64,000 nucleotides of DNA from sequence record NC_007021.1; one strand, 5' to 3'. Numbering within the stretch: position 1 is the stretch's first letter; each line of letters starts with the position of its first letter. The translations under genes were made by a program, and so were the position numbers. The notes beneath the pieces are model-generated. The model worked only from the letters and a program-made list of their open reading frames with translations. It did not search any database and was not told the DNA's origin. Positions 35,544-44,800 of this stretch are shown here, in pieces. The DNA comes from Staphylococcus phage Twort.

Positions 35544-36247
35544 TCTAACTCCTCCAATTTAATAAATGGTAATTCTATATCTCTAAAAACTGCTCCTACA
35601 TCACACAACAACATATCATTATGTTTTTCTACCTGACCACTACTAGTAGGTGTATGCCCACATACGTGTATAAAACCATCTTTTCTAGGTTGAAAATCCC
35701 TAGACCACATTAACTGGTCTACTGTTTGTCCTTCTACAGGTTTCCAACTTACACCACCAGAATGAGTAAATATATATTTATCTTTCTTATAATACCTCCT
35801 ACAATTAGTCATAAACACTTTAAACTTCCTATAATCTTCAGATTCTTTAAGTTTATTTAGTTCATTTTTAATAAAATCATAATCGTTCCTTAAAACATCT
35901 TCTACAATGTTACATGTTAAAGTTGCAATATCAACACCGTAAGAGTCAAGTGTTTCCATGCAATATCTTGATAGCCACTCAATATCATAAATACCTAATC
36001 GGTCTATATTCTCTATAATCCTATATAACTCATCATCATGATTTCCTAGTAGGGCTACTACATTTTCATCATTTAATAATAAATCAAATAGATAGTTCAC
36101 AACATCCTTAGACCTATCACCTCTGTCTATATAATCTCCTAAGAATACTATTGTATCTTCTGGTTTACGCTCTTCAATTATTTTATTCATTAGTCTCATA
36201 AGTTTATCATACTCTCCATGTATATCTGGGATTACAAATATGCTCAT
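35540..36247 (-). CDS. lambda-phosphatase-like Ser/Thr (PPP-family) metallophosphatase
   Basis: IPDIHGEY, GDYIDRGDRS, GNHDDE in correct order/spacings. Confidence 0.75.
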   Translation of the reverse strand: MSIFVIPDIHGEYDKLMRLMNKIIEERKPEDTIVFLGDYIDRGDRSKDVVNYLFDLLLNDENVVALLGNHDDELYRIIENIDRLGIYDIEWLSRYCMETLDSYGVDIATLTCNIVEDVLRNDYDFIKNELNKLKESEDYRKFKVFMTNCRRYYKKDKYIFTHSGGVSWKPVEGQTVDQLMWSRDFQPRKDGFIHVCGHTPTSSGQVEKHNDMLLCDVGAVFRDIELPFIKLEELE

Positions 36248-36370
36248 AAATCTTCCTCCCTACTGTTGTTTCATTAACTAAAGAAACTCTACAGCATTTT
36301 CTTTATTAACACTCACTTTAAATTCTTTATATTCCTCTCTCCAGCACTAAATCACTATACTTAATATTTT

Positions 36371-36553
36371 TCACGTTAACTCCTCCAATTTTTCCATCAA
36401 TACTTTATTCCAGTTCTTCAATCTTTGGTTTTGCTCTTTTAATAACTTCATTTTTTTAATGTTACTATTTAATAAATCTTGTTTATTTTTATAGAGTAAT
36501 TCAATTAACTCTAATTCTTTAAGTCTTTCTTTCTCTATATACACGGTTTCCAT
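36371..36553 (-). CDS. small coiled-coil protein (60 aa)
   Basis: ORF. Confidence 0.4.
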   Translation of the reverse strand: METVYIEKERLKELELIELLYKNKQDLLNSNIKKMKLLKEQNQRLKNWNKVLMEKLEELT

Positions 36554-36560
36554 ACTATCC

Positions 36561-37118
36561 CTACTTTAATTTCTTTATAGACTCTACTACTTTCCTTGTA
36601 CTTCTAACATCAGCATTCTTTAAGTTACTTAATAGAAAATTTAATTTATTTACATAGCTATCTACTGTAGAAATAAAAACATCTTCCATATCACTATACT
36701 CCGAACGCATTTCTACGAATATAGTTATAGTGTTTCTATCTGAGATATGAACGTCAATTATAATAGTGTCTAAAGAGTAAGAATTTTTATCTACACTAAA
36801 TACTTCATATGGCTCATTTTTTATTATATTATCATGGACAAAATGTCCATTATTCCTTTTAAGTTCTATCCAAGAACTGTATTTGATGTATCTTTGCTCT
36901 TTGATAAAATCTTCTTTAGTTATTTCATTAATCTCCCGAACAAACAATTCTTCATACACTTCTAAATCATAGTTTGATTGTATATACTCTAATTCTTCTA
37001 GGTTGGTAGAATATCCAAGTATTTCAGTATTATCTGTGGTATATTCAAAATACTCATCCCAACCAACATTTGTATGAGTATATTCACTTACCTTTATTAA
37101 TGCATATAATTTTGCCAT
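36561..37118 (-). CDS. hypothetical protein (185 aa)
   Basis: ORF with RBS aggagg. Confidence 0.5.
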   Translation of the reverse strand: MAKLYALIKVSEYTHTNVGWDEYFEYTTDNTEILGYSTNLEELEYIQSNYDLEVYEELFVREINEITKEDFIKEQRYIKYSSWIELKRNNGHFVHDNIIKNEPYEVFSVDKNSYSLDTIIIDVHISDRNTITIFVEMRSEYSDMEDVFISTVDSYVNKLNFLLSNLKNADVRSTRKVVESIKKLK

Positions 37119-37180
37119 AACAACCCCTCCTTAATTACATTATATAACAGAAAAGAACCCGTGTCAACAGGTTCTTTAAA

Positions 37181-37564
37181 TTAATCTTTGTAATCTGGTT
37201 TGGCAGGAATCCACATTTTAGGGTTATAATTTATTTCATATTGGTATTTGCTTACATTTTTAGTAGTCACATCTTCCACAACGTAAGATACGTTATCAGA
37301 TAATCCAATAATATGTTTTTGATACTCTCCGTCTTTCTTTTCTACTACAACTTCTAACTGTCGGTCTTTATCATCTGCTTTAATAGACATTCTTCCCGAC
37401 ATTTGAAAAATAATGTCTTGTTTAATAGCATTGATAACCGTAACTTTTCTTACTGTATTAAAATTGTCTGCCTCTTCTGACAGGTTCTCACTAACTCTAT
37501 CTGCTTGATTACAAGCACTTAAAATGAAAACAGAGCCGAGCAATAATATTATAATTTTTTTCAT
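37181..37564 (-). CDS. lipoprotein
   Basis: MKKIIILLLGSVFILSACNQ signal peptide with lipobox LSAC. Confidence 0.65.
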   Translation of the reverse strand: MKKIIILLLGSVFILSACNQADRVSENLSEEADNFNTVRKVTVINAIKQDIIFQMSGRMSIKADDKDRQLEVVVEKKDGEYQKHIIGLSDNVSYVVEDVTTKNVSKYQYEINYNPKMWIPAKPDYKD

Positions 37565-37573
37565 ATGTTTCTC

Positions 37574-38014
37574 CTATTCTTTAATTAATTTATCCCCTTC
37601 TTGGATGTAATCAATGTCTTTAAGTCCGTCTATCTTTTTCCAAGCAACCATCTTATTGTTTTTTATATAGTAACTCATGGTAATATTATTGTATTTTAAA
37701 TCTCCCGTAACATACATAGTTACAGATTCTACTTTATACTTATTAATAGCAGTTCCCTCAGCTCCTATAAAATCAGAACCATTCTCTCTTTCTTTTTTAT
37801 ATTCTTCCATATCCAACCAATACTCTTTACCTGATACTGTAATTAATCTAACAATTTTTTCCTTACTTAATATCTCTATATCATTCATATCTATTTCTTT
37901 AGGAAAATTACTTCTTTTGATTCTCTTTATACGAACCATTAAACTTTCACTAACCATGAAAAGTAGAAGGAATGCCAGACCAATAAACGCAATACCCATT
38001 AATATATCATACAT
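37574..38014 (-). CDS. membrane-anchored protein (N-terminal TM)
   Basis: MYDILMGIAFIGLAFLLLFMVS. Confidence 0.5.
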   Translation of the reverse strand: MYDILMGIAFIGLAFLLLFMVSESLMVRIKRIKRSNFPKEIDMNDIEILSKEKIVRLITVSGKEYWLDMEEYKKERENGSDFIGAEGTAINKYKVESVTMYVTGDLKYNNITMSYYIKNNKMVAWKKIDGLKDIDYIQEGDKLIKE

Positions 38015-38022
38015 AAAATCAC

Positions 38023-38706
38023 CTATAAGTGTCCGATAGAAATTGGCTCTACCGCTTTTACTAAGTTGTTCTCTATACTTTTTACAGTAGTACTAACATT
38101 ATTAATTACAGTTACAGCTTCTTTATCTGGTGAATATAGTTTAATAGTAATTAAATGCGTTTTCTGATTATAGTATAGTACTAATTTATAATTACAGTCT
38201 AGATGAAGTATAACTGATTCAAAAACATCACCATTAATTTGTTTTACTTCTTTTGATAATAAATTAACCTGTACAGTTGTTTTTGGTATGTATGACTCTA
38301 CATATGAGCTACATAACCCAATAATACCTGGTAGCTTATTTACTTCCCTAGTACCATTTTCAATTTTATCTTTAAGTTCAAAGTATTTACTTTTAGCACC
38401 TACATAACATTCTTCTAAGAATACTTCTGGATTTTCTACACCTTCTGGAATATCAAAAGAGTACATGATTTCTTGTGAAAATATGATTACAAGTTTATTA
38501 GTTTCCTCAATCATAGTAAATGTTACTGTTAAATCTAAATCTGTATCTTTAATTTTAAAAAGGATACTATGTTCTTCGTCTGATTCAAACTCTGATACTT
38601 TCTTAAAACTACTTTCTTTGTTAAACGTAAAACCATTAGAAGTAAATTCATAACCATTTAAAGTATCCATACTTTCAATAATATCTTTCCATTTTTTTAA
38701 TTCCAT
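38023..38706 (-). CDS. hypothetical protein (227 aa)
   Basis: ORF with RBS aaggagat. Confidence 0.5.
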   Translation of the reverse strand: MELKKWKDIIESMDTLNGYEFTSNGFTFNKESSFKKVSEFESDEEHSILFKIKDTDLDLTVTFTMIEETNKLVIIFSQEIMYSFDIPEGVENPEVFLEECYVGAKSKYFELKDKIENGTREVNKLPGIIGLCSSYVESYIPKTTVQVNLLSKEVKQINGDVFESVILHLDCNYKLVLYYNQKTHLITIKLYSPDKEAVTVINNVSTTVKSIENNLVKAVEPISIGHL

Positions 38707-38798
38707 ATTTAAATATCTCCTTTATATAGTTTCTGGTACCGACATTAATGTCGGGAGCAAATATTATATATCCTATTTATTTTTTTCAACATACTTAA

Positions 38799-39026
38799 TT
38801 ATACACGTTTATTATCTACATTAGTAAATCCAATAGCCAACCCATCAAAAGCAATAAACAGCACTGCCCTCCATTGTTCTGATGTTAATTTAGGGTAACT
38901 TTTATGTACCCTATTAAGAAAATCATTTAGTTCTTTCTGTGTCTTAAAAGTTATTCCTTCAATAGGAATCGTAGTACCCTGTAAACACTCAAGATTAATA
39001 TTCACCTTTAATTTACCTCCTAGCAT
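38799..39026 (-). CDS. hypothetical protein (75 aa)
   Basis: ORF. Confidence 0.45.
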   Translation of the reverse strand: MLGGKLKVNINLECLQGTTIPIEGITFKTQKELNDFLNRVHKSYPKLTSEQWRAVLFIAFDGLAIGFTNVDNKRV

Positions 39027-39249
39027 CTAAATCCGTATTAGCATATTTAACCATGAGATTAAATAATTTCTTATCTGCTCCTAAAGCCCTGAATGAATAT
39101 TGTTTTTCAGTGAACACCCAACAATGAGGATGTTTAGCACTCTTATAAGAAATTAGGATTTTAGTTTTATATTTCGATATATTTTTATGTGAAACATTTA
39201 CTTTATATCCTAGTTCATTAACTTTCTTTATAAATTCTAGTGTTGTCAT
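39013..39249 (-). CDS. hypothetical basic protein (78 aa)
   Basis: ORF. Confidence 0.45.
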   Translation of the reverse strand: MTTLEFIKKVNELGYKVNVSHKNISKYKTKILISYKSAKHPHCWVFTEKQYSFRALGADKKLFNLMVKYANTDLDARR

Positions 39250-39692
39250 TCTACCATCTCCTCCATTAATTCAGGATTTTCATATAAGTTGCCTATAACT
39301 TCTAAATTCGACCAGTCATAGATGTGATAGTGGTCGTATCCCCAGTTACAATATTCTGTTAATACAAATCCACCGTCTAGCCATTCAACTAAAAACAAAT
39401 CGTCGAGTAAACCTCTAACAACGTCTTTCCCATAAATCTCAACGCCGTTTTTGTCTTTAAATCCTGTCGACTGCATAAGTTCATAATTAAATATTTGATG
39501 CAAAGAGCTTGCTAGTGCTACTAGAATTTTCGACCCGTTAATTTGAATGGTCAGTTCATCATGGTTATACATTTCATTCTTTCTTTTATCCCACACTCTA
39601 AATTTCGGTATCATTCTACCATTCCTCCATTTTTCCAAATAAGTTCTTTTTGTCCTCTTAATGGTTGTGTTAAAGCTTTTTCTACACTCCAT
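39246..39692 (-). CDS. YopX-family protein (true start probably near 39614)
   Basis: MIPKFRVWDKRKNEMY N-terminus and C-terminal IGNLYENPELMEE signature. Confidence 0.55.
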   Translation of the reverse strand: MECRKSFNTTIKRTKRTYLEKWRNGRMIPKFRVWDKRKNEMYNHDELTIQINGSKILVALASSLHQIFNYELMQSTGFKDKNGVEIYGKDVVRGLLDDLFLVEWLDGGFVLTEYCNWGYDHYHIYDWSNLEVIGNLYENPELMEEMVE

Positions 39693-40108
39693 CCTTTTTT
39701 AATTCTTGACCACAAAGAACTATAAGGGATACCTGTTATATCAGACCATTCGGCTATGCTATGCTTTTCATTATTGTATTCTAAAATATGGTTATTCCTT
39801 CTATTTCTCTCTTGTTGTGTATAATCAGCCCACCTGCAATTATTAGGTTTGTAATCATCATCATTATCAATTCTATCTAGTGTTAAAGTGTTATCATATC
39901 CACTATTCATTGACCATTTATAAAAATTTTCAAAAGAATCAAACCATTCATCACAAACTTTTATACCTCTCTCACCATAGTTTTTATAGTTTATACTATT
40001 TATATTGGAACATCTCATTTTCATATTGTTCCAAATGTTATACAATCTACTATTTCTATTTCCATGTTTTTTCTGTCTCCAGCTAATTTTTTGTTTAAGC
40101 AACCACAT
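39611..40108 (-). CDS. HNH homing endonuclease, catalytic portion (frame B of a fragmented gene)
   Basis: WNNMKMRCSNINSINYKNYGERGIKVCDEW and LDRIDNDDDYKPNNCRWADYTQQERN HNH motifs. Confidence 0.65.
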   Translation of the reverse strand: MWLLKQKISWRQKKHGNRNSRLYNIWNNMKMRCSNINSINYKNYGERGIKVCDEWFDSFENFYKWSMNSGYDNTLTLDRIDNDDDYKPNNCRWADYTQQERNRRNNHILEYNNEKHSIAEWSDITGIPYSSLWSRIKKGWSVEKALTQPLRGQKELIWKNGGMVE

Positions 40109-40365
40109 GATTTAGTATTGCCTGTTCTTATATCTGTTCCTCTAACTACGAATTCATTTCCACATTTACAAACACACAACCAACAAACATGTTTCCCTTT
40201 GTTTTCAACTCTTTTTAAAACAGTACACCCATTAAATTTATAGTTTGTCATGTCTTTAAGTTTACCCATTACCTAACCCCCTGACTGTTTCTCTTGCCAT
40301 TCTTCCAACCCCACTGAATCAGTTCGGGTAGCGTCATTTTCTTAATCGTTTTAATCTTTACCATT
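40021..40365 (-). pseudogene. N-terminal Zn-ribbon fragments of the HNH endonuclease in two further frames (40021..40269 and 40270..40365)
   Basis: CWLCVCKCGN...SCGCL in 40021..40269 overlaps frame of 39611..40108 by 88 nt; extra 31-codon ORF upstream ends TAATGG into it; three frames for one endonuclease-like protein. Confidence 0.45.
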
Positions 40366-40785
40366 TCTCATTTCCTCCTAATTGATTATATACTTAGTAT
40401 AAAGGATAATAACTAGATTGTCAACTATAAAAATAAAAAAAGTACCTACAAATTAATGTAGATACTTATACTATAATTATAGAATTTTAGGTGTGTACAT
40501 GAAGGATAACTCATGTAGGGTTTAGTAGTAAGATACAAAGCGTCTACCACGCAACATACAACACCTCTTGTATGTTATTATATACGTACTGGAAGAAGTT
40601 ACCAGTAGGAACCTACAGTCATATACAAAGCCTATGCCAGGCAATATATGGTATATCTCATATATCAGGTATAATACCTTATAATGATTATCTTGTAACC
40701 TATAACTTCTGATAATTAGGGTTTTATAATAATTACTGTATAAGTAACTATAACCTATAAGTTTTTTGCATGCTAGGGGCTATAA

Positions 40786-40857
40786 TGGACTCTGTAGGGA
40801 TTGAACCTACACTCCAACGCTTATGAGGCGTTTGCTTTACCATTAAGCTAAGAGTCC
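40786..40857 (-). tRNA. tRNA-Met/Ile2 (anticodon CAU)
   Basis: Minus-strand read GGACTCTTAGCTTAATGGTAAAGCAAACGCCTCATAAGCGTTGGAGTGTAGGTTCAATCCCTACAGAGTCCA: 7-bp acceptor, D-arm, anticodon loop CTCATAA, T-loop GGTTCAATCC. Confidence 0.8.
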
Positions 40858-40866
40858 ACAACAGTA

Positions 40867-40933
40867 TCCTAAGAGAGGACTCGAACCTCAACGACTAGAT
40901 AGCTACAACTAGCCAATGCCATTACTTAGGATA
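40867..40933 (-). tRNA. tRNA-like element, non-canonical (short; D/anticodon arms not foldable by eye)
   Basis: Minus-strand TCCTAAG...GAGGTTCGAGTCCTCT-CTTAGGA-T: canonical T-arm and 7-bp acceptor pairing but only ~66 nt. Confidence 0.4.
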
Positions 40934-41058
40934 ATTAATGTTAGGTATGTTTCTAATAATTAGAAATAAGAAGTATTTTTATAATGATTTCAAAGTACCC
41001 ATATAGTTAGGCTCTTACTTTCATTATATTATTAACTATATCTAATGTAACATACTTT

Positions 41059-41448
41059 CTAACTCTTGTCAATACTTTTATTCCATTTAGAGTTTGGTTT
41101 AATTAAACCTTTTTCTATTAGAGAAGTATTAAGTTGTTTATATTCAGTACCCTCTTTATACCATACTCTAGCTAGGTATCTACCAAATACATCACTTTTA
41201 TATGTCTGGACAATAATGTCTTTATTTAAAACTTTACTCTGTGTAAATTCTGTAGCTTCTTTATAATTATTTGCTCCTCTTTCTGGTGTATCTACATCTA
41301 TTAACCTAACTCTTTGTTCTGAGTACATGCGCATCCCATGGTCTAGTGTAATATCAATAGTATCTCCATCAATAACCTTTGTGCACTTTGCTTTGAACAT
41401 ATATAATTGTTCGTCCAAATTACTAAAGTCCATTTTTATATTCCTCAA
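41059..41448 (-). CDS. staphylococcal-nuclease (SNase/thermonuclease)-like nuclease
   Basis: VIDGDTIDI...RVRLIDVDTPE motif, R/Y-rich tail. Confidence 0.7.
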   Translation of the reverse strand: MRNIKMDFSNLDEQLYMFKAKCTKVIDGDTIDITLDHGMRMYSEQRVRLIDVDTPERGANNYKEATEFTQSKVLNKDIIVQTYKSDVFGRYLARVWYKEGTEYKQLNTSLIEKGLIKPNSKWNKSIDKS

Positions 41449-41473
41449 TTCTATTATATTTTAAATAACAGAG

Positions 41474-41791
41474 CTACTTCTGTAGCTCTGAATATCCGAA
41501 TAAATTTTTACAAATACTCTTAGCATAGCAACGAATAGCATAATTACTGTCATCACTATCTTTTAAGTATAGACTATGAACTAAATCATAAGCATAAAAT
41601 ATTACATGTTGTGATTTTTTCTTGCCTTCTCTAACCTCAAAAGTTATAGTGTCAGTATTTTTGAATCCAGTTATTTTAAATTCTTTATTAGTGTTTAAAT
41701 TTTTAGGGAACTTCATCCAACCTTTTTCATACATAATCTCTACTGCGTTACTAAATTGTCTTTTAGCCGTGTCCTTATTCATAATAATCAA
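41474..41791 (-). CDS. hypothetical protein (105 aa)
   Basis: ORF with RBS aaggaaagggat. Confidence 0.5.
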   Translation of the reverse strand: MIIMNKDTAKRQFSNAVEIMYEKGWMKFPKNLNTNKEFKITGFKNTDTITFEVREGKKKSQHVIFYAYDLVHSLYLKDSDDSNYAIRCYAKSICKNLFGYSELQK

Positions 41792-41858
41792 TCCCTTTCC
41801 TTAATTTCTATACTAAGTATACCATATAAGGAAAGGGACGTCAACATTAATATTTAAA

Positions 41859-44800
41859 CTAATTTAAAGGAATCCAATCACTAGTACTTGAAGTTCCTTT
41901 AGCAATATATACAGTAGAATCTACTATAGCTAGTTGTCCTTTATATAAAGGTGTACTAGAAATGCTTTCCGTAACACCTATTTGACTTATTGCTTCAAAA
42001 GATGCTTTACTTGAAAGGAATTCCCATGACACAGTACCATCTGATACTACACCCGATGAATGTACTGGTTGTGTGTTACCACTAACACCAGTTGTTGTTG
42101 CTTTATATACATAAGAACCGTTATATACGATTTGTCCTTGTGTATAGCTTGTACCTGTAATCCACTTAGTGTCACATGCTATACCTTCCGATGTACATTT
42201 CCATTTATTTGGACTACCTTTAGTTAATACTCTAGATGTATTATTAATAATATCCCCTATTCTCCATGAACCTGATGTTGGTATTTTTGTTCCATCTACT
42301 ACTTTAGGTATATTATAAGCTATATTGTCTTTACTATAAGAATCTGTAGCATTTATGGATACACTTAAGTTTTTATTCATATTATTGTCTGTAATACTGA
42401 TACCACTACAACTTCCTTGAATATTTAGTGAGTCCGTACCATAATCAGATTTTATGTGGTTTCGACTGATATTACTGTCATTTAAATAGTTACAAAATAC
42501 AATTCTTTCCGCTTTATTAGAGTAACTTCTAATAGTATTACCTTTTAGATTTATATCGTAAATAGGTTTGGAACTAGTTCCAGAATAGTATACGACAACA
42601 TTCTTCAATGTATCTGTGGTTTGTTTTATCGTATTATTCTGTATATCTATTTGATTGACTCCTGGGTATATTAAAATCTCATATCCTTCACTACCTGATA
42701 TATTGTTATTACTAATTACACCTTTACTTCCTCCTGTAATTGTAATACCGTTAGCAGGTTTTGTACTTAATTCACCTTTATTAGTATTATTAGAGACTAC
42801 ATTATTAGAGATTGTATAATTAGTTCCAGAAATACTTATACCTGAAAATTTATTTCCTATATGTATGTTATTACTTATAATAACATTTTCTGTTCCTGAC
42901 TCAAAGCCACTGGAACCATTATTTTGTGAGATATTGTTTGTGTAATATCCGTTTCTAGTTCCTCCCATGTAGTTAAAGCCATTTTCTAAGCATTGGTATG
43001 CTGAACAATTATCTATTTCTATTTGTTCTGACCAACGGTAAAAGCCATCTACAGCCTGCATAGTACTTACAGCGTTAACCACATTACCTAAGATGTTTTT
43101 ACCGTGAACATTATACACTTTACAATTAGTACTTCCTTTGAATGCGATAGCAATAGAACGTGGTGATGCATATCTAAAGTCACCTACTCCATCCCACTCA
43201 CCAACAAAAGACAATCCTTCTACTAGTACGTTATCACATCCAACAAATGAAAAACCTGTAAACACATCTCTACCACTAGATGACACGTCATCTATAGAGT
43301 CTATGTATGCTTTGTTTATTCCCGTCATTTTTATAGTAGGATTACCTTCACCTTTAATATGGATATTACTACCAGTAATTTTTACACGAGATGGATTTTG
43401 GACGGTAGGACTACTTGTTTTAAATAAGTACTCAGTACTTGTTTTAGGTACTATTAGCGTTCCTCCACCTTTAGATACTAATTCATCTAAAGCTCTTTGG
43501 AATCTAGGATAATCATTATCTTCATTTGACTGTCTAGGGTAGTTTTCTATATTTAAAATATTTTTGCTACTCGTAGTAACTACAGATGTTGTAGAGTTTG
43601 TAGTACCTATTTCTTGCCATGAGTTTCCAATTAATTCCCATCCAACAACGGAAGTGTTATTACTATTATAAACTCTTTCACCATATTTAAAGTCAGTTGT
43701 TAATGTTGGTTTAAAATGTGAATAAAAAACACTTTTAGAGTTTCTTTCAGGAACATTAGAGGTTTTCACAATATTATTAGGGTTAGTTGTTTCTAGTAAT
43801 AGTCCTTGTAACGTTCCAGAAATCAAAACAACTACAGTTTTTACATCACTACTATTTACAGTAAAAGTATCTTTTTGTGCTGTATTAAAAGACCAAGCAT
43901 TGTTTGTATCATAATAAATACCGTCTATCATTAAAGTATCTTTTCCGTTAGATTGTTTTCCTAGGTAATTACCGTTATAGTCAAAGCATTTAATAAATAT
44001 ACCACTAGAATTACCTACAAAAGATAATTTAGATACCGTAATTTCGTCACCTTCTGACACATTATTCACATATAATACCATAGGGCAAGAACCCGTAAAA
44101 GTTAGCAATCCGTTAGAATCAATAAGGCTAGTAGATGTACTGTAATCGTAATACATTTCATCATTAAGAACAGTGGACTTTAATGGCTTTCTAAAAATAT
44201 CCTTAACAGTGTGATAGTTACTTCCTAATCTTCTATATTCTTTACTAAAATCATTATTTCTATATAATGTGTACTTCTTGTTAGTATCCGTAATAATCTT
44301 AGCAATACCACTTCTATGTAATTTAGCAGTTTCATTATTAACATACGTAATTTCGTGTTTTAACCCTAAAATAAAATCAGGAATAAACTTATTATCTTTA
44401 CTATGTGTTATATAATACTTACTTAAATCTTGTGTTGATAAGTCCATAACAGCAAATGTAGCATTATTATTTAACTCATATCTGTAACCCTTAAAAATAA
44501 ATCCTACTGCTTTTTTAAGATAAATCATAATATAGTTATCTGACATACCATGAGCAGTTTCAAACTTAAACGAATCAAAAATGTTACTATTACCGCCGTA
44601 CATATTTCCATTAGTAAGTGTTTGTCTTATGTTATAATATGTTTCTGGGTGTGTATTAAATGCTGTTCCACTATATGAAAATGCAGATTTATAAAAATGG
44701 TTACTATTCATCCATGATGGTTGACCTTTACCATCGTCACCATCAGAATTTAATTCTATAGATGTTTCATTATTTATAAAAAATTCTATAGTAGTATTGT

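Noticed and set aside
40761-40790. Plus-strand promoter-like TTGCAT ... TATAAT upstream of the tRNA region
   Set aside because: The spacer is only about 9 bp. The tRNAs are on the minus strand, so this would not be their promoter.
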